Below are positions 22,187 to 33,134 of a stretch of 64,000 nucleotides of DNA, one piece after another. The translations under genes and the position numbers were made by a program. The stretch lies in the NCBI GenBank assembly GCA_000002445.1, contig CH464491.1, forward strand, positions 1,856,001 through 1,920,000, read 5' to 3'. Within the stretch, counting starts at the first letter, position 1, and each line of letters opens with the position of its first letter. Below the pieces are notes generated by a model that saw only the letters and a list, made by a program, of their open reading frames with translations, did not search any database and had not been told where the DNA came from. The DNA is from Trypanosoma brucei. Its lineage: Eukaryota.

Positions 22187-23459
22187 GGGGTCGACCTCAA
22201 CGTGTCACTGGGGACGGAACAGAATTTTGGGACGTTTTAGGATCAAACATCCGCCCATGCGGCACCCATTCCATAATTTCAAGACACACTCGGTTTTGTT
22301 TGAGAGCTCTTGAGTGTGTGGATAAAAAATTTCCCACTGCCGTTTTCCCGAACTCGTCACAGCTGAGGCCTTAGAGATCTTTACGATCAGTCGCTACACC
22401 TCTGCTATCGAGTGCGTTCGGTGTGGTTGCCGGCTCCGCCTTGAGAGTCCACATTCCACGTCCTCGACCAATCAAAAAGTATTGGTGACTCCTTGTGGAA
22501 CCGGTGCATCTTTTTTTTTTTCTTCAGCAGAAGTAAAAGCTTTTGTCCACCATACAACCTGTTGCCCCAATGAAACATTTACCAGATCATCGCCCAATTT
22601 CTTTAATGACCCGCGGGGCCGCAGGTGGCGTAAGCAAGCCGTCGCTTTTCTGAACGTTTAAACTCTCTGTTTCGACCGGAAAGTTGTAACTCATTGGTGG
22701 ATTGACCAACGACCCACACGACGCATCAGCCGCTGGCGGTGATATATGTGTATATATATATATATATTTCCCTCATCCATAAAAAATCCACATGAAGGAT
22801 TGATGTAAAAAAAAAAGCAAAGCAAGGGATGACCTTTTCCTTGCATGCGGCTTCCTTAGGGGAATTCACCTTTACAACCCCTCTTTGCCTATGCCTGGAG
22901 TGGCTAACTTGTCCTTCGTCAAAGTCCGTAGCCGCGCAGAATGTTATTTTTAGTACCAACGGTGCGGTTAACAGTGATGAAAGGTTTCCGCAAAACAGAT
23001 GTTGCTTAAGCTGCTGGCGCTAGGGGAAATAAAGTTTAAGCACTTCCTCAGTTTCCACAGCGCTAACATCTCCGTCGCTTTTCTCATTTGCTCAGTGTGC
23101 CTATCATAGGTGGTGATGTACTGAAGCGGCACCAAGCAGTTTCACTACCCGCGCTTGCTTCAGACCGTAAGTACGGCGTCTAAAAAAAAAAAAAAGTAGC
23201 TATAGCAAATAGATCATCGGAAAGAATGGTCAACATAAGCGATATTTTTAGCAGCACTCTTGGTGGGTCAACAAATGGGACTCCGTCGCACCTTGTCGCG
23301 TTCCGCCCTCTCGCGTTGAACGGCTTTTAGCGTTCTGTTACCGTGCATGCTTATCCTTAAAAACCCTTTCTTTCCCTCAGACCTTCGGTAATTCATATCC
23401 TTACGTTAATCGCTTCCTCCTTCCCACCTCTTTCTTGCGTCTACCCTTCACGGGGCGCT

Positions 23460-25670
23460 TCATGTGGATTCACTTATCTGCACAACGAACTTTCCATAAA
23501 AATTTTGTGCGAGGTTGTTTCGAAGCCGCGGGTCCTGCTTCAGTTTCTCTCTCACTTTTTGCAGCAGCAAGTCATCCATCTGCAGGAGCTTTTGTAAGAC
23601 AATGGAGCTGCTCTGCTGCGTCGCCATTTGAGCCAGACCAGAAAGCACAAGTTCCACCACACGACCCTTGCCTTGCTGATCCAAACTGGCCATTAGCGTA
23701 CACAAGACATGCTGAGAGCCTTTTTCACATGCAAGCGAGACGAAGTTACGAAGCAACACATCGCAGATGTCGCGACTAGCGGGGATGGCCTTCTCCACTA
23801 CAAATCGTCCATTGTTGTGCCTAGTGAGTGTCACGACGTGTGCCCGGAGAGCGTTGCAAAGAGCCGTGTGCGTGGAGGCTCCCACATGGTCAAACAGACA
23901 CACCACAACATGGGAGGCGTAGACATGCTGGCACATACGTAGCAGCTCATCGGCCTTAATTAGGCTACGGGCAATTTTCTCCGCCCCAAACACTTTAATA
24001 TATTCTTGAACCATCACATTTCCAATGGAGTCATACATCAAGGCTGTGATGTCGCGTTCGATGGCACTGACGAGTAATTCTCCTACTTTAGACTCCTTAA
24101 CTTTGCATAGTGGTAGAAGCTTCCGCACGACCAAACTTCCTCGTGCATCACTTAACAAGTCCCCCACATTACTTCGTTTGACGAGCATCGCTGCAACCTC
24201 CTCAACTATAGCCTTGTTGGGTAGTGAATTGGCCGTCACGACGACGCAAACAACTACGTGCACAGAAATGGGATGGTCCACCAATGAGGATAACTGTGGG
24301 CCCAACAATTGCAGAAGGTGTTTAAAATTTGTCACCGCTTCCTTTTGTCCGGTGTGTGGGATAAGGGAAATAGCGGCCTGAACCACGAAGTTGGCATCAC
24401 CCGAGCTGCACATTTCCACAATGTTTGCTTCACAAGCCGATAACACAACATTAAATATCTCCGCAGCCTCGTTAGACGCGAGCTCTGTCAAGTCATGCGA
24501 TAGAATCTCCTGCAGAAACTTGCACCCTCGTTTGCTACCAAGCAGCGCCGCAACGTCAATGCCTCTTAGGACGGCGGCGCGGCTGGGACAATGAAGGATG
24601 AAAGTTCGCATGACTGGTGAAGCTACGGGGTCATTGGCAAGGTAAAGCAGCACATCCTGTTTCCCATCCTTATGCTCATTCGTCTTCCCCTGCTTCTTTT
24701 TCCCACCCCCGCCGCTGGTTTCGACGAGGCCCAAGGCATCCTTAAGCCAACTTACCGTTTCGGTTGGAAAGCGCTCGATGAGCCGACGGATGGTAACGGC
24801 TGTGTGGCGGTTGCGGAGTTTCACTTGTATCAAGTCTAGTGTCTCGGCCCCTTGGCACAAAACGTGCAAAGCCCTTCGCTGAATTTCGTGGTCTCCATTC
24901 AGCACCAACGAACTCATCACCTTGCATGCAACGTAATGCTCGTGGAGGGCCTCATTTTCTTCGAACAGACGCATCACAACATCAAGTACCATCAACTTCC
25001 TCTTTTCATCGCAGCTTGGAGCGCCCAACGCGTTCAACAGAGCACACACCACACGACCACCGCACTCGTCTTGTACAAGATCCTCAAGAAGTGTGAGCGG
25101 TTCTTCACCTTCATCCTCGTCTGTTGTAGCCGCCTGGCGATCAAGGGAAATAAACACATCTAAAATGTGGCTCAAGGTTTCTTCGTCGAGTTTCCCGTCA
25201 TCTCGCGGTCGCTTGCGCGATACTCCGGCCTGCTCTTCTCCCGCGCTGGTCTCGCAGAGTAAAAGTGAGCAAAGATCATCGCATGCAGCAGGAAGCCTAC
25301 AAGCCTGAGCGAATTGGGCAATGAGCAGCGCCTTCTTTTCCTCCGACACGGCAGCCCTTTGCGGTGTTGTGCGTTTCACAAGTCGTTCGGTGGTGGCGGC
25401 AAAGTCGCCCCGCCGCACGGCTTTCGCAACTATTGACTTTCGCTCGCGATTCTCACGTGTGTGACGCACCTGCCGCTGCTGTGAGCGCTGTAGCGTTCCC
25501 TTCTTGCCCATCGCGATTTCACCTTCGATATTTGTGCATGTTTGTATAGAGGGGATGGGGAGAAGTGCGTGAAGCCATGAAGGGGAAGTAAAGAAACAAT
25601 GCAACGAACGGATTGCAACCCAAAAGGGGAAAATAGACGGAGGTGGATCGGCGGGTTGGGGAATCACCAA
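23460..25670 (-). CDS. PUF/Pumilio-repeat RNA-binding protein (Nop9/Puf-A-like; probable true start MGKKGTLQ... near 25512)
   Basis: Repeated PUF-like helices with a characteristic aromatic/basic tripartite core: NNGRFVVEKAI, QHVYASHVVVCLFDHV, DSIGNVMVQEYIKVF, EKGSQHVLCTLMASL, QQSSSIVLQKLLQ, QNFYGKFVVQ, GDANFVVQAAISL. The first 53 listed residues start at a TTG and look like UTR. Confidence 0.65.
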   Translation of the reverse strand: MVIPQPADPPPSIFPFWVAIRSLHCFFTSPSWLHALLPIPSIQTCTNIEGEIAMGKKGTLQRSQQRQVRHTRENRERKSIVAKAVRRGDFAATTERLVKRTTPQRAAVSEEKKALLIAQFAQACRLPAACDDLCSLLLCETSAGEEQAGVSRKRPRDDGKLDEETLSHILDVFISLDRQAATTDEDEGEEPLTLLEDLVQDECGGRVVCALLNALGAPSCDEKRKLMVLDVVMRLFEENEALHEHYVACKVMSSLVLNGDHEIQRRALHVLCQGAETLDLIQVKLRNRHTAVTIRRLIERFPTETVSWLKDALGLVETSGGGGKKKQGKTNEHKDGKQDVLLYLANDPVASPVMRTFILHCPSRAAVLRGIDVAALLGSKRGCKFLQEILSHDLTELASNEAAEIFNVVLSACEANIVEMCSSGDANFVVQAAISLIPHTGQKEAVTNFKHLLQLLGPQLSSLVDHPISVHVVVCVVVTANSLPNKAIVEEVAAMLVKRSNVGDLLSDARGSLVVRKLLPLCKVKESKVGELLVSAIERDITALMYDSIGNVMVQEYIKVFGAEKIARSLIKADELLRMCQHVYASHVVVCLFDHVGASTHTALCNALRAHVVTLTRHNNGRFVVEKAIPASRDICDVLLRNFVSLACEKGSQHVLCTLMASLDQQGKGRVVELVLSGLAQMATQQSSSIVLQKLLQMDDLLLQKVREKLKQDPRLRNNLAQNFYGKFVVQISEST

Positions 25671-26059
25671 ATCAGTGTTGATGGTAAATGGTACAAATGC
25701 TCACTGTGCCAGGTTTAAAAATAAAAGAGGATATGCGGGGTCCAACCGCAGTCGCCTCGGATAAGGCACTTTAATATTAAACGCAAACATCGAAAAGGAA
25801 GGGGTACATGAAGTAACGCCCAGACCCAACAAAGGGAAGAGTAAAAGCGTCGCTGAAACGCAAACTAGTGCTTACTTCCATATTACATTCTCCCTCAGAA
25901 AATAGTTTGGTCCTCTACAGACCATGTATTCCAGAAGGGGAGCCGATCGTGCGTGGCACCACCGAAGAATGAAGACAGAAGCCATAGAATAATCTATGAA
26001 ACAAACACCTTTATTTAAACACGTACACGTGTGCATGTGCGCATGAGCGCGCTAAACCA

Positions 26060-27787
26060 TCACACGAACCACCCCTTGCCACCCCGTATTCCCTTCACCT
26101 GGCCAAACCGTGGAACGCCGTACTCTGTAAGCGACTGGTATTTTACAGTCGCGTACAAACCTGTCAACGACCGTTTATTAGTACGCCCCGATGCCGGAGT
26201 TCCGCCACCCTTGCGGCCGCCAGTAACATCCAGCAGATGTCGCAAGAGAGCTTGCTGGTTCTCAGCATTCATTTTTGGCAGGGAAACATTGAATACACGT
26301 CCCGTGTCGCTAAGGCACTGAACCCCATAGAAGATGACAGTGTCGCTGTTGTTACCCTTCATTGCAGCCCTCCCCTGCGGGGTTCTCGGCGCCGAAACGC
26401 CAAGGCTTTCATGAAGTGAGGAGACGGGTATACGCAAAAAACTCCGCGACCGTGCGTCTGCTGTGGGGGGTTTGAGAAGGGGCCTCAAGATGGCGTACTC
26501 CTTGTCCGCAAACGGAAGGAGTTTTGCTGCAGTTGGACTGCGGCGGCCATTCGTTTTGGCTCGCCGAAGCACCTTCTCCACAATTTCCCTGTGATCAGCA
26601 GCTTCATCGCTCCCGGCTCCATTTTTATTTCCATCGGAAGTGTCGGTTTCAGTTGCACCCGGAGCGTCGCAGGTGACCACGCACTCGCCTTCGGAGTGCA
26701 CGCGAAGGAGCCGTGTGCCCCCCGTGACACGCGCTCCATTCCGCCTCGACTCATTCCTACTATGTAGAGCAAACAGGGAAGGTTTCAAGGAAGTAATCAA
26801 GGGATCCAGCAGGCCTTGAAGTACCTTCTTTTCCTTCTCCCTGATTTCATACACGTTTGATGCACTACGAACCACAGCACCCTCGTAGCCAGTTGAGAGG
26901 TATTTGTCAAGATACACAGTTCGGACCTCTTCAAGCGAGGTAATCAGTGTGTAAGGAACGAGCTTCACATACTTGCCGCCGATACCCTGGTAAGCAGGCA
27001 CAGGTTCGCGTACAGGCTCCGCACCACTGCATTCTTCCACTGCGCTAGACATCCGTTCAGGGAAAAGGGTTGAGGAAGCCCGTGCCCGCTCCAGAAGGCT
27101 GGCAAGAAAATGCAGTGCCTTAAGGCGTTGCGAGAAAACGGAGTGATTGGGAATAACACGAACCATTTCCAGGTCGGAGATGTGGTTGGCCTCCATGACC
27201 CCGCGCAAGATAGCCAACCGTTCCTTCTCTATCCGTGGGATTCCCCTACCACTCTTGTCGCCTCCGAGTTTCACCCTCTCGTTGGGTTGAAGCGAAACAA
27301 TATCAAATACACACATGATGGGGAGTGATGCCACATACCTGAGCACTTCATCTTCCGAAGAACAAGCGGACTTTGCGGACCGGAGACGGTGGACCAGAGC
27401 TGAGACCGCAAGGAACCCCGTCTGGGTAGCACCGCTGGACGCAGTGCGCGGGTTGTGTGAGCGGTGGATGTAAAGCTCACCATCGAGGACCAGTCGCGGG
27501 TCACCACTAAGCCACCGAAGAAGCCGCAGTTCTTCTTCAATCCACGTCACCCCATAAATGGGGCGACCAAAGCGCGAGAAGCACGTCGACTTTGTTGACT
27601 CGGCTTGGGGAGGCACGTACGATACAATCCGAACCCCATCATGCTTTGGTGAGACGAAATACGGAGGTCCTTGAGGGCTGCTACCAGACGGCGAGGCTGC
27701 AGTGGCCGCACGCTCGAATACATCAAAGGTTGATAATGCCATGGGCTCGAAGGGCAAACCACGCCGGGGTCTTACAAGACGGAACAT
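26060..27787 (-). CDS. ATP-dependent DNA ligase, small mitochondrial (kinetoplast LIG k-like) type
   Basis: Nucleotidyltransferase motifs: motif I SPKHDGVRIV (KxDGxR), motif III LVLDGELY, motif IV TGYEGAVVRS, motif V GKYVKLVPY. The N-terminus MFRLVRPRRGLPF looks like a mitochondrial presequence. Confidence 0.8.
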   Translation of the reverse strand: MFRLVRPRRGLPFEPMALSTFDVFERAATAASPSGSSPQGPPYFVSPKHDGVRIVSYVPPQAESTKSTCFSRFGRPIYGVTWIEEELRLLRWLSGDPRLVLDGELYIHRSHNPRTASSGATQTGFLAVSALVHRLRSAKSACSSEDEVLRYVASLPIMCVFDIVSLQPNERVKLGGDKSGRGIPRIEKERLAILRGVMEANHISDLEMVRVIPNHSVFSQRLKALHFLASLLERARASSTLFPERMSSAVEECSGAEPVREPVPAYQGIGGKYVKLVPYTLITSLEEVRTVYLDKYLSTGYEGAVVRSASNVYEIREKEKKVLQGLLDPLITSLKPSLFALHSRNESRRNGARVTGGTRLLRVHSEGECVVTCDAPGATETDTSDGNKNGAGSDEAADHREIVEKVLRRAKTNGRRSPTAAKLLPFADKEYAILRPLLKPPTADARSRSFLRIPVSSLHESLGVSAPRTPQGRAAMKGNNSDTVIFYGVQCLSDTGRVFNVSLPKMNAENQQALLRHLLDVTGGRKGGGTPASGRTNKRSLTGLYATVKYQSLTEYGVPRFGQVKGIRGGKGWFV

Positions 27788-28534
27788 TTACCCTGCTGGA
27801 GCCTCTCCTTTTCCCAGAGCCGTTTCCAACTTGCCTGAGTCCTACGCTGGCCTCGCGAATGCAGAGACGGACTATTTGCCCTACTGCTGGAGCTTCTGCC
27901 TCTGCACCCTCTTGGCCGGTGAAGTTTTTAAACAAAGAGCAAAGACGAATGTTATGGACACAACTTAGCGTCTTTCCCAAGGAAAATAAGCGAGTACACG
28001 CCGTATGCTACAAGATGCCGTTTATTGCCTACGTGGCGCCTACTCGCCCAACCCAGTGGAGGAAAACGACCACAAAAATAAAATAAAATAAAGAGCGGAA
28101 GCGCATATCCCTGCTCCCACCAAATTATTTCTCCACCAGCCGATAGTTTCACTCACCGCACTCAAGCCGTTATGATGGACACCCGTTACAATCAGAACCG
28201 GCAACCACACACCCGCACGTATCGTAAGTTGACGACATATTCGCCCTAGCCCCTGCACACCAGCAACATGTGTGTTTTGCATTCAGTGAGTGTGCGTGAT
28301 GAAAAGGAAGTATGGTCACACCACTCCTTCCCCTTGTAGCATGCCGGGACTTACGAGCAGAGAGTTCCCGCCACCGTCACTGAAGGCAAGAAAGGCAAAA
28401 AAAACAACAACGACCGAACACCAACTCGCAGCAGCTGCTTGTGGCATTGCTACATCCTTTTCGCTCCTTCTGTACGCGGAGGGAGTGGAGAGAGACAAAA
28501 GACCATATTATATAGAATATCGCCCACCGCTTCA

Positions 28535-30169
28535 TCAGTTTTCGAAATCCGCGTCGCCGGACGCGGATACATTCATGCTTTTCGTCAGGCAAGATGCATC
28601 ACTTGCAAATGGAGACTGTGTACTTGAGTAGCAGTGCGAGCTGTTGTTGATGCTTTTATTATTATTGGTACTACGATCAACAACACTGCAATGTTGTGAT
28701 GGGCCGGTGCCTGCTTTCGGTTGAGGAACAACAGCCATCAGAAGCTTAGCCAGTGAGCGGGCACCCTGGCGCGTCTCCGCCTTCTTTGTGGAGGCTACTC
28801 CAACAGCTGTTTTTCCACTTCGGCTAGGACTGCCATTAAGTTTGGCATGCGCTACAGCATCTCGCGTAGCTCCTGCCCTCTCATTGAATATGCCAGATGT
28901 ATGCTCATGCGAGGAAAGAGATGGCACGGTGCCGTGCTCACCCACACCTCTTGTGCCATCAAAGGTTCCTGCAAAATTGTTCCGCCCCGGCGGCGGAGAT
29001 AAGACACAATCGAGGGTGCGTTGCATCTTCTGCAGCCTTTCCAAAAGTGCTGCGTTCTCATCAGCTAGTTTCCCGTTTGTGTGCTCCAGAGCTTGAACAC
29101 GTCGATGAAGTTCGCCATTCGCCTTCTCGTATGACTCACATGTCATCTGGCAGCAACGGAGCTCTGACTGCAAGTGCCTCAACACATATTCCATTGGGTC
29201 CTCTTCGTAACACTCTGCGACAGATTGAGTGGGGTCCGAGTGGATAGGCTGCGGTGAGGTGCGGCCATCGCTAGTGTCCTGTGAAACATCAACACTGGTG
29301 TAAGCAGTTCTGCATCCCAAGTTATTAACTTCCTCAAGTGCACTCTGCGTGTGCATAGTATATGCCAACACCTCCTTACTGCATTCCCATCCTTCTTCCT
29401 TATGGCTGGAAACGCGTTTTTCCCTATTCCCCTCCTCTGATACTTCGGTTTCTGCTGTGGAGGAAGATGAGCTTTTGAAAGCCGTAGCATCATGGGCGTC
29501 TGTGGAATGCCCTGGGAGATGTGTTGCATCCCTCAGAGGTGGCGTATCCGAGTGAGATGTAGAAACCAATACTGCCGCCGTTGACGGAAAGTCGATGGTC
29601 GCTATACTCGGTGGCAAAACCGCTTGAACAGCCAAGAAGTGGCGGCGGCTGCTTGCAACGGGGTTTCCTGCTAAGGCCAACGTCTTCAGTGAGCGAAGCC
29701 CCCTAAGAGAAACGAGGCCCTCTGCCGATCGAACGACATTATGCCGAGCCTGTACCTCCCTCAAATTAGTACATTTTTCCACGCCCGTAAAGGAGCTTAG
29801 CATATTAGCGGACACATCCAGAGTAAGCAACGTAGGTGGTAACCCCAGGAGGCTGGTCACGTGATTGTTTGTGACGACGAGCACCTCTAGCCGTGGGAGC
29901 TGCGCCACTCCGTCGAGATCGCGAAGCGCGTTAAATGATGCGTCCAGTTGTCGCAGTGTTGTCGGCACTGGCCGCAACGACATTAGGTTGTTGTGCGAAA
30001 CATCCAACACCGTTAGGGCTGTAAGTGAGTGGAGACTACCAAGGGACGGAATGTTGTTGTGGGATAGGTCCAGTTGTTCAATAGAGCAAAGAATTTCTTT
30101 CTCATCCTCGGAACAGAATGCCGATGAATCGAACTTATTTATATTCCGGTGAGAGAGGTCGATCTTCAT
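28535..30169 (-). CDS. Leucine-rich-repeat protein with C-terminal coiled-coil/Ser-rich tail
   Basis: Tandem LRRs: LDLSHNNIPSLGSL, LTVLDVSHNNLMSL, LRQLDASFNALRDL, LEVLVVTNNHVTSL, LLTLDVSANMLSSF, LKTLALAGNPV. Confidence 0.7.
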   Translation of the reverse strand: MKIDLSHRNINKFDSSAFCSEDEKEILCSIEQLDLSHNNIPSLGSLHSLTALTVLDVSHNNLMSLRPVPTTLRQLDASFNALRDLDGVAQLPRLEVLVVTNNHVTSLLGLPPTLLTLDVSANMLSSFTGVEKCTNLREVQARHNVVRSAEGLVSLRGLRSLKTLALAGNPVASSRRHFLAVQAVLPPSIATIDFPSTAAVLVSTSHSDTPPLRDATHLPGHSTDAHDATAFKSSSSSTAETEVSEEGNREKRVSSHKEEGWECSKEVLAYTMHTQSALEEVNNLGCRTAYTSVDVSQDTSDGRTSPQPIHSDPTQSVAECYEEDPMEYVLRHLQSELRCCQMTCESYEKANGELHRRVQALEHTNGKLADENAALLERLQKMQRTLDCVLSPPPGRNNFAGTFDGTRGVGEHGTVPSLSSHEHTSGIFNERAGATRDAVAHAKLNGSPSRSGKTAVGVASTKKAETRQGARSLAKLLMAVVPQPKAGTGPSQHCSVVDRSTNNNKSINNSSHCYSSTQSPFASDASCLTKSMNVSASGDADFEN

Positions 30170-30659
30170 GCGGGGTACGTCTCTGGTCTTCCTTTCTTCT
30201 ATGGCGTTATCAGTGCGGCGTTTTCCCGCTTACACTCAAGTGTTTCGGAATTAGAGTTTTGGGGGTCAAATTTATTCGATACCACCCTTGCTCCCTTATT
30301 GGAAGAACAGCTCCTTATGTTGAGGGACTCTTCAACCTCTTTAGTCGGCTCGTCTCTAGAGTTAACCACGGGCGCTCTGATAATGGAAACGAGAAAAGAC
30401 ATGGGGGAAGCATGGGCTACAGTGAGGGCCTACCACATATTTATTCAAACTTTAGTCAAGTGGACGATACGAGTGTACCGTAGAGAAAGAGAATGGACCA
30501 CTGGAGGGAAAACGGTCCTACGCCACTCCGAATTTATACTGTTTACTCGGCACGTATATGCAAACGACAGTGACGGCACTGTGCAGGTACCAATTACAGT
30601 GCGCATCCACATCCACATCTACACACAAGCACAAACACAAACGCACACGACACTACACC

Positions 30660-32684
30660 CTAGTCGTCTTCGTCTCCATCCTCCTCCTCATCGCCCAAAA
30701 CAGTGTCATCGCAGCTGTTATATTGCTTTTTGGTCGCGTCGAAATCAGAACCAGGCAATTCCACAAGGTGAACCATTGCCATGCTCCTCACGTTACCCGT
30801 GGTGGCGGGAAGCACAACATTGAAGTAGCGCGGGAAACTCTGTACAAGGTAAAATAATCCACCATATCTCTTCCGCACCGCTTCTTGGGCTCCGCGAGGA
30901 AGATGCAGGATTATGTTTGAGCATGCCTTCGGGCCACGCTGTTGCAGGTATTCTGCTATAAGACGCACCAAGTCTTCTTCGGAGAAGTCCTGGCGGATGA
31001 CACCCCGAGGAAGCGGTTGCCCTGGGCGGCTCACGCACCACTGCCCCGCAATCTGGTATTCAAAGTGCTGGAAATATTGTGGATAGTTATTGAAGAAGCT
31101 CCAAAACCTCCGCGGCAGGTAATTTAGTAGTTCCTCGGGGACACTCTTCTTTAAAAACGTTTTGAGTGGAACGTGACCCTTCTTGGGCAGGTAGCGGTGG
31201 AGCTCACGCGCTAGGTTGTCGGGGTCATGAAAGGGATTAGCTGGGTCATTTCGAAATGCGATACGACGCCTCAGGGAACGAATCTTCTTTTTATTCCTTT
31301 CCTGTATAGCGATTTCGAGCTGCTCCTCCAGTGACAAATGCTCCTTGTCGAGGCGGTCTTTGAAGCGCCGCCGCATCACCACATCACCGTTCGCGCTAAG
31401 AGAAAACACAGCGGCGTGGAAACTAAAGAACTTCATGAGTGAACCATAGTAGAGCTCTACCTCTTCCCTGACAGAAGCAGGTATAGACTTCTCAATGTGG
31501 CTGATATCTACCTGTCCTTCCTGCGGCACAAGACGTAGAATATAGTTGCAGCTTTTGGGAGTTGGCGTTGTTTCGCACTCAAGGGAATCGTACCCTGGTG
31601 GGCGTAACAGCACCGAACCGCCATCGCGATCGACGGCAAATGCAAACACATGTTGCATCTGCGCAAAATAAATGATGGCAGCTGGCCCCTTGAAGGGTAG
31701 TAAAGACACCACTTCATACCCAGTGCGCTCGAGGAGGATGCGGAGTGGCATCCACCGCCCCGTAACCCCACCGAAGGCGGTAATGAACGGCTGCAGAAAC
31801 TTTGGATCTGGTTTGTATGCGGCAAACCGCTCCTCCGCCACTTCACATCCATCAAGTGGGAACTTAGCGTACCCTCCGTAAAGCCTGATATACTTGCGCC
31901 CATGTACAGACACCACCTCGGAGGCACGGTGCTTGAAGTACATCTCAATGTGCTCTTCCGTGTAGCCTGGCATTTGCCCAAGCACGTCGTCCAGTGGAAC
32001 AAAGAATGGAGGAATATGAGTGACGAAGCTGCTTAAGGCAAGAACCGCCCCACTTCCCGTTGCCTTCGGGACAGGCAGTGTAGACGTCGTCACATTGAAG
32101 TCCGGGGGTGGTGGTGGGTACTTCCTTAGGCCAACGTCATAATAAAAGTCCACAGGCTGGATTTCGTTCACCCCCTCCACCACCAACCGGCCTGCTGGTT
32201 GCACGAAATAACCTCCTTCGATATCTGGAGGGGGAACCTTGCTGCTGTTGCTTTTTACCTCTTCCTCTTTCCTTTCTGGCGTTTCAGTTTCCTGTGGCGG
32301 AGTGCCTTTGTAAAACCGGAGACCACTTCTATCCAGGCAAATACCAAGTCCTTTTGCCTTTGATAGTGCGGCTGCCAGTGTCTTGTGGGGACGCACGTGC
32401 TGACGACGGCTCTCGAGAGACAAGTCGTTGTACAGAGACCCGACGGACATCCACGTCCCGTCTGGTATGCGGTCCAAAATCTCTTGTAACTCACACACGA
32501 GTGCGGGATGAACTGTGTCAATCGTGGAGGAGTTGTCAGTATTGCTGCACCACCGCCTTTCCACCGGGGTACGGAAGGGCGGCACCGCAAGACCAGCTCT
32601 GAGGCATCTGATGGACTGTGCAAAGAAGTGGCACAGCATTTCAACCGAGATGTGCTTTTTCGTGTGTGTGATAAAGTGAGTCAA
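30660..32684 (-). CDS. Conserved hypothetical protein (proline-rich; no confident family assignment)
   Basis: 674-aa uninterrupted ORF with protein-like composition and PPPP tracts (KYPPPPPDF). C-terminus is an acidic tail DEEEDGDEDD. Co-oriented in the gene array. Confidence 0.55.
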   Translation of the reverse strand: MTHFITHTKKHISVEMLCHFFAQSIRCLRAGLAVPPFRTPVERRWCSNTDNSSTIDTVHPALVCELQEILDRIPDGTWMSVGSLYNDLSLESRRQHVRPHKTLAAALSKAKGLGICLDRSGLRFYKGTPPQETETPERKEEEVKSNSSKVPPPDIEGGYFVQPAGRLVVEGVNEIQPVDFYYDVGLRKYPPPPPDFNVTTSTLPVPKATGSGAVLALSSFVTHIPPFFVPLDDVLGQMPGYTEEHIEMYFKHRASEVVSVHGRKYIRLYGGYAKFPLDGCEVAEERFAAYKPDPKFLQPFITAFGGVTGRWMPLRILLERTGYEVVSLLPFKGPAAIIYFAQMQHVFAFAVDRDGGSVLLRPPGYDSLECETTPTPKSCNYILRLVPQEGQVDISHIEKSIPASVREEVELYYGSLMKFFSFHAAVFSLSANGDVVMRRRFKDRLDKEHLSLEEQLEIAIQERNKKKIRSLRRRIAFRNDPANPFHDPDNLARELHRYLPKKGHVPLKTFLKKSVPEELLNYLPRRFWSFFNNYPQYFQHFEYQIAGQWCVSRPGQPLPRGVIRQDFSEEDLVRLIAEYLQQRGPKACSNIILHLPRGAQEAVRKRYGGLFYLVQSFPRYFNVVLPATTGNVRSMAMVHLVELPGSDFDATKKQYNSCDDTVLGDEEEDGDEDD

Positions 32685-33134
32685 GGGCTCAGTGGTGTAA
32701 CTTATCGTCAGTTCCGGGAGTGCGATCGTGATCTATGTATTTTAGCAGCCGCAACTCATGTGGTAGTTTGCAACGCTTACCCTTGTGCTCAAAAACGCGA
32801 ACTCACTTCCTCGAAGAGTTGGAGGACCCCTACTCACGTTCCCACAACACTGATCCGCCGCTGCTAACCAGGGGTAAACTAAATAGTTCGTGGTGAGGAA
32901 AACAAAGTATCCCTCGCCCCTTTCACCCCTCATGTTGTTGCAAACGATAGAAAACAGATGAACAAAAGCGGTAAGTGGAAGCAAGAAAAGATGGGTGCAG
33001 GGAAGGGACATGGTAAGCTACGCTTCTTTTCTGTAGTGGGACAAGGTGAGTCCAAACCGATAACCCGAGATATTTTTCGCCGCGTTAAACACTCACAGGT
33101 ATATGTATTATGCTTTCTTAGGCCTCTTGCAACT

